DNA of 64,000 bases from Lama guanicoe (lineage: Eukaryota), in the NCBI GenBank assembly GCA_013239625.1, contig MU054212.1, positions 1,426,001 through 1,490,000 of the forward strand. Direction: 5' to 3'. Of the stretch, positions 26,330 through 37,475 are shown in pieces. Every line of letters begins with the position of its first letter. Position 1 is the first letter of the stretch. The notes under the pieces were generated by a model that was not told where the DNA came from, ran no database searches, and saw only the letters and a list, made by a program, of their open reading frames with translations. The position numbers and the translations under genes are program-made.

Positions 26330-26781
26330 AAATTATTTATATTTAAGGTATACAGTGTAATGTTTTGATGTATGGTTACCCCCTAGGGCTACCATTTTTG
26401 GGCATGTGCTAAGAACACTTGAGATTTGCCCTCTTAGCAAATTTCAAGTATATAATACAGCATTATTAACAGTCACCATTCTGCACATTAGGTCTCCAGA
26501 ACTTACTTATCTTATCATTGAAAAAATTGTACCCTTTGATCACTATGTCCCCTTTCCTTACCCTTCAACCTCTGTAACCACCATTTTACTCTATGTTACT
26601 ATGAGTTTGACTTTTTAAAAAAAAATCCACATATAAGTGAGATCATGTGGTTTTTGTCTTACTGTGTCTGGCTTATTTCACTTATCATAATGCCCTTCAG
26701 ATTTATCCATAGGGTTGCATATGGCAGGATTTCTAAAGGCTGAATAACATTTCATAATCTATCTATCTTTCTTTCTTTCTT

Positions 26782-26821
<40 letters not shown>

Positions 26822-27628
26822 CAGCATATTTTCTCAATCTGTTCATCTGTTGACAAACACTTAGATTGTTTCCATATTTTGGCTACTGTGATTAATGTTA
26901 CAATGAACATGGGAGTGCAGACATCTCTTCAAAATAATAATTTTATTTCTTTTGGATATGTACCCAGAAGTAGGATTGCTATTTCATATGTTTGTGCTGT
27001 TTTTAATTTTTTGAGAAACCTCTATATGATCTGTCCTGAAAAATATTCCATGTGTACTTGAGAAGAATGTCTGTCCTGCTCCTGTTGAATGGAATGTTCT
27101 TAATATGTGTGTTAGGATCACTTTATCTTAGGTGTTTTTCAGGTCCAATGTTTCCTTATTGATTTTTCTCTCCGGATGATCTAGCCATTATTGAAAGTGA
27201 AGGACTGAAGTTCCCTACCTATTGTATTGCTATTTCTCCCTTAAATATCCCTGTTAATCTTTGTTTTATTTATTTAGGTGCTCTGATGTTGGGGTGCATA
27301 TATATTTACTATTGTTCTTTCCTCTTGATGGATCGACTCTTTTATCATTATATGATAAAATTTTTGTCTCTTACTAGTTTTTGACTTAAAATCTATTTTG
27401 TCTGATATAAGTATAGCTACTCCTGCTTTCTTTTGGTTTCTGTTTGCATGAAATATCTTTTTCCATCCCTTTGCTTTCAGCCTATGTATATTCTTAAAGC
27501 TGAATCAATTCTCTTATAGGCAGCATATACTGGGATCTCTCTCTCTTTCCCCCCCCCTTATCCATCCAGACACTCTGTGTCTTCTGATTGGAGAATTTAG
27601 TCTATTTACATTTAAAGTAATTATTGAT
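26330..27628 (-). mobile_element. LINE-1 (L1MA-like) with a large internal deletion: ORF2 endonuclease N-terminus fused to ORF2 C-terminus and 3' UTR
   Basis: Minus strand from about 27627 translates SIITLNVNRLNSPIRRHRVSGWI (L1 EN start) and near 27030 [13 protein letters not shown]. It then switches to C-terminal sequence (aggtttctcaaaaaattaaaa...ctacttctgggtacatatccaaaagaa) and an L1MA 3' UTR. Confidence 0.85.
26757..26822. repeat. Compound (TCTT)n/(TCTA)n tetranucleotide microsatellite
   Basis: atctatctatctttctttctttctttctatctatct... with about 10 TCTA units in the right-hand run; lies inside the L1. Confidence 0.95.
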
Positions 27629-28922
27629 CAGCTCACAGGATTTTTTGAGGAGGATGGATTTTATGTTATGAAAAGCCCCTTTGTGAGCAACTAGATGTGT
27701 TTGATATAAAAAGGGAGGGCAAAAGCTAAATTTTGGCATAGTGGTTATGGAGAGGGAGTTGAATTTCTCCACATAACAAAGAAATTGAAAATGATGAAGT
27801 TTCTCAAACCAAGCTGGGATGGAGGAACTGTAAGATGACAAAAGGAAGAAAAATGGGGGGAGAGGGAAACAGGGAGATCGCATCATGGCTTATAATCCTG
27901 TGCCCTGAAGGGACATGGAGGGAGGTCAAAGACTTAAGAAAACAAGCATGTCCAAGGCTTGATATGGTGTAAAGACATCTTCCTTCAGCTCTCAACCTTA
28001 ATACCAATATCTTATGTAGGTAGGTTTTTTTTCTTTTTGTTTTTAAATGAGAACAGAATTTTATCACTGTAACAGCGTTATCACAGGACCAAGGGGACAT
28101 AAGCAAGACCTGGGAGAGAACCATAAACTCAATTATTTAAGGAGAAGCTCTGGATGACACAGGAACAGGTTTATTATTAGTTTTATTAAACACTTGAGGT
28201 TGGCTTTGGACTTCTGTAATCCACAGAACGTAGGTGTGAATCACTCTAACCTAGAGCTTAAGGGTAATGAAGACTCACCCACCTAATATCTGGGGCACAC
28301 AAAAATGACAGAGTTACTCTTCTGTGATGCTGACCCGTTTATACACACAAGATGATAGCAACAGTAGAGAGAAATCACATGTTGGTGCAGGAACTGATGG
28401 ATAAAACACTTCTGTTTACTAAATAGCAGTGCCTATGGCTTCTACTTCTGTGGCAGCTTGGAGAAATAGAAGTAATTAAGTAAAAATTCACAAAATGGGA
28501 GAGAATCAATTTTATGCTAAATTGTCCATTATAAAGTATGTCTTCAAATCTCTCTCTTCATTATGAATCTTATAAAAGCCAAAACTTTAAACTACTTACA
28601 TAATTATAATTATTTTAAAAGTCTTATTAAGCTTTCATCTATAAAATATCTCATTAAGGGCCACATTTATGTCAAGGTTAAAGGTGGGAAATGAAGCAAG
28701 GTATTATTGCTGAAAAACGTTCAAAGCATCTAAATTGTTTTTCTTAATTGGAATTGGTGTATGGTATGGTCCAATAACACAGATACCCAATGAGGCTGAC
28801 CTGATATTCTATAAGTATTAGCTGAGATCCCCACACTGGGAATTTTAAAATTCATTTTTGAATGGATAGAGAATTTAAAATAGAAAAAAGTCACCTCAAC
28901 ATTAATTGTAATATCTAATAAG

Positions 28923-29501
28923 TGAAGGGTAGCAGAATATACTACTACAAAATATGCTATATTAAAACAAGGGATTATTTTGAGCTGAAGGCAGTTAAGA
29001 AGAAGCATTTACAAGAAAAGTTCTCTGCACTTCCCCTATTTGCCTAAAAGCAGGACATACCTGTGTAAGTGTCCGCCCTGCCTTCTTTACCAGGAAGGAC
29101 AGAAGTTAGTCACTGGAGACAATTCTACATCTTTATCAGCTGGGAGGTAGCACAGAGGACTCTATAACAGAGTTTACTAACTGGCCCCTCTCTATTTCAG
29201 TATATAGTTGCCTTCCCATAATTTGCCCCTCCTAAAAAGCTCAAAGTCTTTTTCCTTTGTCTTGTTGCTTCTCTACAAAATTATTATTCTTTGCTAAGAT
29301 ACTATGTAAATTTATGTTCTAATCACCTCTTTGAGTTACTTATCTGTGAGTACTCCTGTGTGTATGTGAGATGCACATGCTAATAAATTTGGGTTTTTTT
29401 TGTTTTTCTCTTGTTACTATGACTTTGCTCAGTCTAATTTCCAGAGTCCCAGCCAGTGAACTTAAAATGGGTAGAGGAAAAATAACTTTTCCCCCGTTAC
29501 A
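28923..29501 (+). mobile_element. MER34-family ERV1 solo LTR
   Basis: TG...CA termini; cagaatatactactacaaaatatgc...ggattattttgagctgaaggca; AATAAA near 29383; 4-bp flanks taag/caag. Confidence 0.85.
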
Positions 29502-30552
29502 CAAGCAAGTTGTTTAGGTTCTGTTTTATATGAAAGGAGGTTTATGTGATAAAAGTAACACATTTTCTAGAAAGGTCTTGACAAATAAGCTAAAATGTCC
29601 AAGTAATACATGTTTAAGAAATCTACATTCAGAAGTTCTTATTTCCCAAGAAGAGAAATGTTTTCTAGTTTGATCTATATTGTTTAGATTGCTGTTCTAT
29701 TTTCTTATGAAATTAGTAATACACACGCATATATTAAAATCAAGACATCTGGAATGACTAAGTTTTGAAAGCACCCATTCTTATTTTCCCATCCCCTGTG
29801 ATAACAAATAGAAGGCAGATGTCAGTCCTATGGAATCAGACCGCCTATGCCATCCACCATGGTGGGGGTGGTAGACCAGGAGGCAGAGTGGGATTGCCAT
29901 CTTCCCAGTACTTTTCCTTTGAGGGCTAAGACTGTCCTATCACTGTTTGAGGCCCCAGGTCTTGTGAAGATGGTACTTTGGACCTTCTTTTCTGTTTCTC
30001 TCTCTGTGTTTGAGAAAGGGGTTGCAGAGGAATAAAATTGTGAGAGTTTGAGAGTAGGTGGAATTTTTGTTCAGTTGTCCATGGTTTCTTTTTCTTCTTT
30101 AAAAAATAAAAAAAATTTCTCTGTTAAAATAAATGTCACAGTAGTTATTTTTGTGTTCTGCTTGAGCATTATATTCTGGATTCACATTGAACACAGAATA
30201 ATTTCAGCAGATTTAAAAATCTCTTTAAAACTTGACTTCCATTGTTTGAATAACAGCTTGAGTATGCAGACACTCACACCATTAATTTGGACATAACCTT
30301 GGGTATTTGCCAAAGTGTAGCACTTTAAAAGAAAATTACACACATACACACAATTCCTAGTAGAATCATCATTTTAACAACCATTTGACTAACCCTTCAG
30401 AACTCCTTTCTAACTGCTTTCTGATATATTATTTACTGTGGTGAATTTGAATATATGGGATTTGTCCCTTTGTGTAGAAGCACCTCCCAAGGTGGGCAGT
30501 GAAAAGTTCATAAAAGAGGAATTTTCATTACTATGACCAAATACAACTGTCT

Positions 30553-30720
30553 AGATATGTATAAATATGTGTGTATGTATAATATGAGTGTACATATATA
30601 TATACACACATATGCATATGATTTACATATACTTCTATATTAGATAAGTAATAACTATATATAATTAATATACATATAACATATGTATATGTATATCTCT
30701 TTCTATATCTGTCTATCTAA
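30553..30720. repeat. Low-complexity (TA/TG/CA)-rich tract
   Basis: Degenerate tatatacacacatatgcatatg...tatgtatatgtatatc. Confidence 0.75.
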
Positions 30721-30959
30721 AATTCTTATAAACAAGGGCTGAAAACTCCTTTGGAGAAGTACAGGAGGATTCACTACTTACCCCATGTCTTAAGGAAAAC
30801 TGACTCTAGGTAAAATCCTGAGGGTAGACTGTGATTCTGTTCCTCTTCATCTCCTTTTTCTAATTTTCTTGCCTCCTTTTATTGCTCCCTATGCATCAGG
30901 TGCTCAGGTTTTAAGCCATTGCTACGCAGGAAACAAAAGATCTAATCCAGAGAATTTGT

Positions 30960-31265
30960 AACTTCGTGTGCCCAGTTTTGTTTCCAACTTGTAGGTCTGG
31001 TCTTTAACTTATCTTCCACCCACCATTCCCGTTCTGCAGGCTCAATGCCAAAGAGTGCATTGACTTCTGAAGCTGTATGTTGAAGATGGCAGAGCCCTAA
31101 GATTGGGAAGAGCCTGGGTTCCTGAATCACCACTTAGAGGAGAGCTGCCTTCTGAGCAGGAACACCTGTTTTGGACTTTACACTAGTGAGAAATAAACTT
31201 CTGTTGTGTCTGAGCCACTGCACATTTTGGGGTGGCTTCTTATAGCAGCTTAAGTTATACTGAGT
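30960..31265 (+). mobile_element. MLT1J-like MaLR LTR, 3' part
   Basis: tgttgaagatggcagagcc...gcctgggttcctgaatcaccacttagaggagagctgcc...gtgagaaataaacttctgttgtgtctgagccactg. Confidence 0.8.
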
Positions 31266-33099
31266 AGTCACAAGGTTCATAGCTTTCGTTAGATAAGCAA
31301 AGAAGCGCGTGACTATAGTTAGGAACCTTTGAATCAAATTCTAGAAGCATAGAATGTTTTTGTTGGAATCAACCTCAGATTTCTTAGCTAGAGTCTGGGG
31401 CATGGCAGATGTCCTGGGCAAAGGGATGAGGATGCAGTAAGAAGTGGAGGTGGTCAGGTGTGGTGGATGCTATGACACATGTCCTCTCTAGGAAACCATT
31501 TTAGCCTCCTCTCACCTAAACACCCATTCTGATGAAGACATTTGGATCCAGCCCAACCAACCCATCTTTTATTGAATCCCAGGTCTCAGGTAGTTGACAT
31601 CCCTGATACATTAACTCAAGCTGTAATGTTAATGACTTGTATGTTATTCCTCCCACAATATTTGTATTTTAAGGAAAATCTGAAGAAAAGGAAATTTAAA
31701 CTCCAAATTCTTCTTTAAGTTGTATGTCTCTTCAATGGTAGTATTTCAGGTATTTTGGAACCTGGGTGCACAAGATATTCTTAGAAGATTTCAGGGAACC
31801 CCTCCAATCACAACATCAGGTATCTGTCTACTCTACCTATGTGTAAAGCCATTCCACATAGTGGAAAAGGAGTGAATTCTCCCCATAGCTTAAAGCAAAT
31901 GGAGATGGCCTGATATATTGGGATTATTGTATTGGAACAAATGGGACAAACAGCTTTGAGATCAAGAGAATTATAAATATGCCCAAGTAGCCTTTGAGGA
32001 GGTCTTCATTAGGGGGTCGTATTATTTTTTGTTAGCTAAGAGTAAAATGATTTGGGCTACAATATTTTGGGCCAGAATTTTAATTAGGCATACAATTAGT
32101 TTGTATTTTCTTTTGAGAACTTAATAACTAATTGTGCAACTGAATCTCTTGAATATTTCATTAGCAGAATATTTTCACAGTCTGCTATAAATTAAACTGT
32201 ATGGAGGGGCACATTTATTTTCTTTCATTTCCTTCTTAACCCACATAGTGGTGAGACGTTAGGATTTATATGACTTGTTATCTCATTTCCTGCCTAGGCC
32301 TTTCCTGCCCATTTCCTTGTTCAGTTTTCATAATTTTTTTTTTTTGATGCCTGGGAGCCACTGGATATTTTCAGGCTGCTTTACATCATGATTTGAGTCG
32401 GTACCTGGAGTCCAGTTGTTTTAGGCGTTGCTCTGATTAACACGTTCCTCATAGGGCTTTTAATCCTGCAAAAGCTGTGGCAGTTTGGAAAATCAGGGTC
32501 CCAGTGTTAACTAGTCATAGGAGAGACAGAGTGATGTTCCCAGGCAGCGTTATCTCTGGAAAATACCAAAGCTGCTGGAAACAAACATGTAAATTCAGTC
32601 GAAGGGGTTCAGTGAGTTAATGAGGGGTTAAATGGACAAAGATTTAAACAGGAAGGGAGGCCAAGACACCATTTTTCAGGTTGGCAATTGAGGAGTTAAG
32701 CTTTTAGGAGCACAAAGAACAACAGTTAAAATCATTGAAAGCCCCACCAGCACTTCTGACCTTTATCTCCAGGGTCCAAATCTAGACAAGGGTCTTAATT
32801 AGCAGCAGAGAAATCTAGCACTTTGGCAATGTACCAACACACATTAAAAAGACAAGAAAACCTCAAACCAACCAGTAAATATATGAACCATTTTTTTTAA
32901 TCACAAAACTTAAATAGGCGCAACATTTATACATAACCTTTGGTGTTTCTCTTTCCCAATTTGTAACTTTTTTTTTCCCTCTGGTCTCCCTGTACCATCT
33001 TACACTTGATTCTTTTCCATGACCATCATCTTATTCCCTCTTGTTTTCCTTATCTGTTGTTTATTGTGCTGCTAGCATTTAGATGCATTTACATTTTTT

Positions 33100-33695
33100 C
33101 TATATTTTAATTTTTTATTATAAAAGGAATATATGCTTATTATAGAAACAATTTCCAACAATGCAAAATGCATAGTTATAGAGTCTCTCATGCATCCAGG
33201 ATTTACTCTCTGCATTTTACATAGATGTGTGTGTTTATGTGTGAATCTAATCACATATATACACGCATTTTTTTAACAAAAAAGGATCACATGTACAATT
33301 CTGCAACTTGCCTTTTTTATTTACTCATATATCCTGTTACATTTCTACATTGGAGTTATATGGGTGGTGTGCCTTTGTACATAACATTTTTTAATTTAGA
33401 AAATTCCACCATGGGGTTTTAATCCCTGATAAGAATATTTTAAGCTGTATATCCAATAAATGCATGTAGGTGCTGTGATTTATAAAATATGATTTTATTT
33501 ACAAGTATAGCTTGAATATTATATTGGTTTATTGTCTTTGTGCACTGTTTTGGATGCATAATCAATGTTTCTTTCTGCTCTTACCATTATTACTATTTTA
33601 ATCTTTTGTTCATTAAAATAATTCTTTTTTTTTCCTGTTTAAGTCTTTCTTGTGTTAGCTTTTTTTTTTTTTTTTTTTTTTTTTTCTTTTTTTTT

Positions 33696-33728
<33 letters not shown>

Positions 33729-35540
33729 CTTTTTTCTTTTTTTTTTTTTTTTTCCTCATTCCATTTCTCACCTCTCTACTGGTTTGGAAATTATATACGC
33801 TATTTCCATTCTTTTACTGTTTACCCTAGAATTTTAACATGCATATGTAACGTAACAAAGTGTGCATCTATACTTTAGTAAAAAACAAACAAACAACCCC
33901 CCCACAAAAAAACCCAAAGTGTGCATCTGTTATCTTTGCTGTTGTGTCAGACACTCAAAACCTAAGCCAACCATTCTGGTTATCCCCTCTTACTTAATGT
34001 GCTATTACTGCTTAGTATTTTTGGCTCCGTCTTCATTGCTTTTTAACCCTACAAATTAGACATCCTACTGTTTCATGAAGTTGAAGATTATTTTCCTCTC
34101 ACTTTTCCTTCTTGCCTTCTTGCACTCCATACCCTACTCTTGTATAATTTTCATTCTTCCTGAAATATGTGCTCTGGAATTCTGTTTTGTGAGAGTCAGT
34201 TGGTAAGAAATGCGTCTGTTGTTTTTTCTTTTGGAAAATGTATTTATTTGCCCTTATTCTTGATAGTCCTCAAAATTCTGGATTGAGAGTTATTTATTCT
34301 CAGTTCATTGAAGATACTCCATTGTCTTCTGGCTTTCAATGTGGCTTGCCAGGAACTCGGTTTCAGGTAAACTATCTTTTCTTTTTGGTTGCTTTTAAGA
34401 TCTTTGCTTTGTTTTTGGTATCCTTCTTCCTGATGTAATCAGTGAATTTTACTTTTGTTTATCCTTGTTGAGATTCATTGTGCTTCCTGAACCTGAAGGG
34501 TGGTGGATATTTTCCAGTTCTGGATACTTGCTTCTCCTTCATTTTCTCTCATTTCTATTTCTGAAACTCTGATTGGATTTATTTTGGGTCTCATTCTATC
34601 CTCCATGTCTTTGGTCTTTGTCTCATCTTTCATATTTTCCTGGTGTTGCCTCTCTCTGTGCTGCATTCTTGGAAATTTATTCATCTTTACCCTCCAAGTT
34701 TCCATATTCTTTCTTCATTTGTTTTTAAACTGCAATTTTGTTAATCAATTGGTTTTTTTTTCAGTTTTGATTTTACATTTTAGGAGCTTTATTTGGTTCT
34801 TTCATAAACCTATTGGTAATCTTTGATAATATCTTAATCCTCATCATACTTTAGAAAACATTAAAAAATTTCTCTAAACATGTAAGTAGTTTCTAGTTAA
34901 GATAATACTGTTTCAGTAGCTGCAGGTTTGCAGTTCCAGTATCTGTGGTTTCCTGTTTTTTCTGATTTCAACTTGTGATAGTTTATTTTCTCATATGTCC
35001 AGTGACTGAGAACTCATATTCTTGGCAATTTTATTTGTTCTTTGAGGTCTAAACTGTGTTTTACCAGAGAGAATTTGTAAATCCATCAGCCAAGTCCACT
35101 ATGAAGTAAATTTTTAGCTTAACTTTTTTTGGGCTTCAGCAATAATAAATTCTGGCTCCAAACATGCATGAAAATGGGCTTATGGTTAGGAATTATTAGG
35201 GAAGAATCTTCTTTTTTTAATACTCTACCCAGAGAAAAGGCTGAGACATGCAAATATCTCCACTACCTCCCTCTCAGAAACCCTTCTTAAAAACAAACCT
35301 GCCGGGTGTCACTTTGGGGAATTCTCAACTTCTAAGATAGCCCTTGCCTACCCAGGTTTTGTTTCCTTTCTTGGCACCTTGGGTTGTTAAGACCCAAGAT
35401 CTAAACATTCAAGAACGTGCATATACTCCCCAGGAAAACAGTGGTCTTGGAACATGGTTACCTTTTGAGTGTGAGATTTCTCATCATACTCAGTTTAAGA
35501 ACTCCCACTTCCTCCTCACAAGCTTAGCTATGCATTTGAA
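33100..35540 (-). mobile_element. Ancient L1/HAL1-like remnants including ORF1
   Basis: ORF 34475..34705(-) KDMEDRMRPKINPIRVSEIEMRENEGE resembles the L1 ORF1p motif EDRxRRxNIRIIGVPE. Plus strand is T-rich throughout. Probably several fragments. Confidence 0.65.
33660..33753. repeat. 94-bp poly(T) tract
   Basis: T run interrupted by only 5 C residues; it produces the spurious poly-Phe ORFs. Confidence 0.98.
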
Positions 35541-35549
35541 AATTGCTTT

Positions 35550-36682
35550 TTACTACATCAAAAGTAAAAGTGTATGTTCATCAAAGGACACTATCAAGAG
35601 TGAATAGGCAACTCATGGAATGGGAGATATGTTTACAAATCATATATCTGATAATTTATAAAAATATATAATATATATTATAAATATATGTATATATTAA
35701 TATGCATTTATATAATATCTATAAAGAATATATAAAGAACTCCTACAATTCAACAATGAGAAGACAAACAACCTGATTAAAAGTGAGCAAAGGACTTGAA
35801 TGTTCTTCAAAGAAGAAATATAAATGGCCAGAAATCACATGAAAAGGTTTTCAACATCAGTAATCACTAGGGAAATGCAAGTCAAAACCACAGTGAGATA
35901 CAACCTCATATCCATTAGGATGGCTATTATTTAAAGCAGCAAGAGCAAATAACAGGTGTTGATGAGATTGTGGAGAAATTGAACCCCTTGTGCATAGTTG
36001 GTGGGAATGCAAGGTGGTGCAACTACTGTGGGAAACTGTATGGCAATTCCTCAACCTAAAAACAGAATTATTATGTGATCCAGTTACCATATAATTCTAA
36101 TTCTGGGTACACACTCAAAAGAATTAAAAGCAGAGACTTCAACAGATATTTGTACATCCACATCCATAATGGCATTGTTCACAAAAGTCCCACTTGTAAA
36201 CAACCCAAAGGTCCACCAATAGATGAATGGATAAACAATATATGGTATATTCACATGATGGAATATTACTGAGCCTTAAAAAGGAAGGACATTCTGACAC
36301 ATGCTTCAGTATGGATGAACCTTGAAAACATTATGTTAAGTGAAATAAGCCTGTTACAAAAGGACAAATATTATGTAATTCCACTTAAATGAGGTACCCA
36401 CTCATTAAGGTATCCACGTAAATGAGAGTGATCAAATTCATAAAGAAAGAAAATAGAATGATGATTGCCAAAAGTTAAGGGGAGAGGGGAATGAGGAGTT
36501 ACTGTTTAATGGGCACAGAGCTTCAGTTGTGCAAGATGAAAAAAAGTTCTGGAGATGGATGGTGATGAAGGTTGCAATAACAGTGTGAATGTACTTAATA
36601 TCACTGAACTGTGCACTTAAAATTGGCTAAGATGGTATGTTTTATGCTACATATATCTTACTATGACTTAAGAAAAAAAGAA
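35550..36682 (+). mobile_element. 5'-truncated L1MB-like LINE-1: ORF2 3' end, 3' UTR and A-rich tail
   Basis: gggaaatgcaagtcaaaaccacagtgagatac, gatgaatggataaacaa, ttctggagatggatggtgatg, ends aagaaaaaaagaaaaa. Confidence 0.92.
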
Positions 36683-37087
36683 AAATACTATTATAATTTA
36701 TTCAGCTCTTTTCAGCGTTCTAAGATACTAGTCTTCCATAATGCTGGAATTAGAAATCCTCATAGGACTGACTTTTCCTCTGTGTTCATGGTGTCTGCTG
36801 GGCACTTAGTTTTAGCTATGTATGGATATGCAGTCAGATTCCAACACTGTGGAAACCAAGATGCTAACCTAAGAATTTGATGTCTTGTGTCACCGAGTGG
36901 TCCATATTGTTTCTTTTGTTGTTTGAACATCCTAGATATTAGTTTACATCATATTATTTACACATTCCATGATGATCTTTGATAGTACCAACTCTCCAAT
37001 TCTTCCTTTGAGGAATAGACTCATATTTCACATCTGAAAAACATGGATAAATTTGTGTTAGCATAATCTGACTTAAATTGTTATCAC

Positions 37088-37110
37088 TGTGTATGTGTGT
37101 GTGTGTGTGT
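37088..37110. repeat. (GT)n microsatellite
   Basis: tgtgtatgtgtgtgtgtgtgtgt. Confidence 0.9.
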
Positions 37111-37112
37111 AC

Positions 37113-37475
37113 TTCATTCACTCACTCATTCTCACTTAGTATTTTGTGCTAGGTACCATCTAGGTACTGGGAATACAGAAGTGAAAAAGATTTCCTGCCC
37201 CAATTCTAATGGGGAAAGATATGGTATCCATATCAGCAAAGAAGTAACAAGGTAGTTTTAGGTATTAAGTCTGCAAAGAATATGAATCAGGGTACTAGGA
37301 TAGACTGTAACAGTGAGGCGGGGGCTGCATGGGCTAGGGTGGTCAGGAAAGGAGTCTCTGGGGATGACATTTAAGCTGAGACCTGGTGTTAATGATAAGG
37401 AAACTGTGTATATCTAGGGGAAGAGCTTTTCACGAAGGCCAGGATAGCCAAGAGCAATGGATCTGAGATAAAATT
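37113..37475 (-). mobile_element. L2 LINE 3' fragment
   Basis: ttcattcactcactcattc tail; tgtgctaggtaccatctaggtactgggaatacag; gggtggtcaggaaaggagtctctggggatgacatttaagctgagacctg. Confidence 0.8.

Noticed and set aside
33540..33878. Poly-phenylalanine ORFs (112 aa and 61 aa)
   Set aside because: They are translations of the poly(T) tract, not coding sequence.
5120..36682. Segmental duplication relating the two L1MB-like copies (5120-6535 and 35550-36682), which start at similar ORF2 positions
   Set aside because: They differ at many positions and their flanks are unrelated, consistent with independent insertions of related subfamilies.
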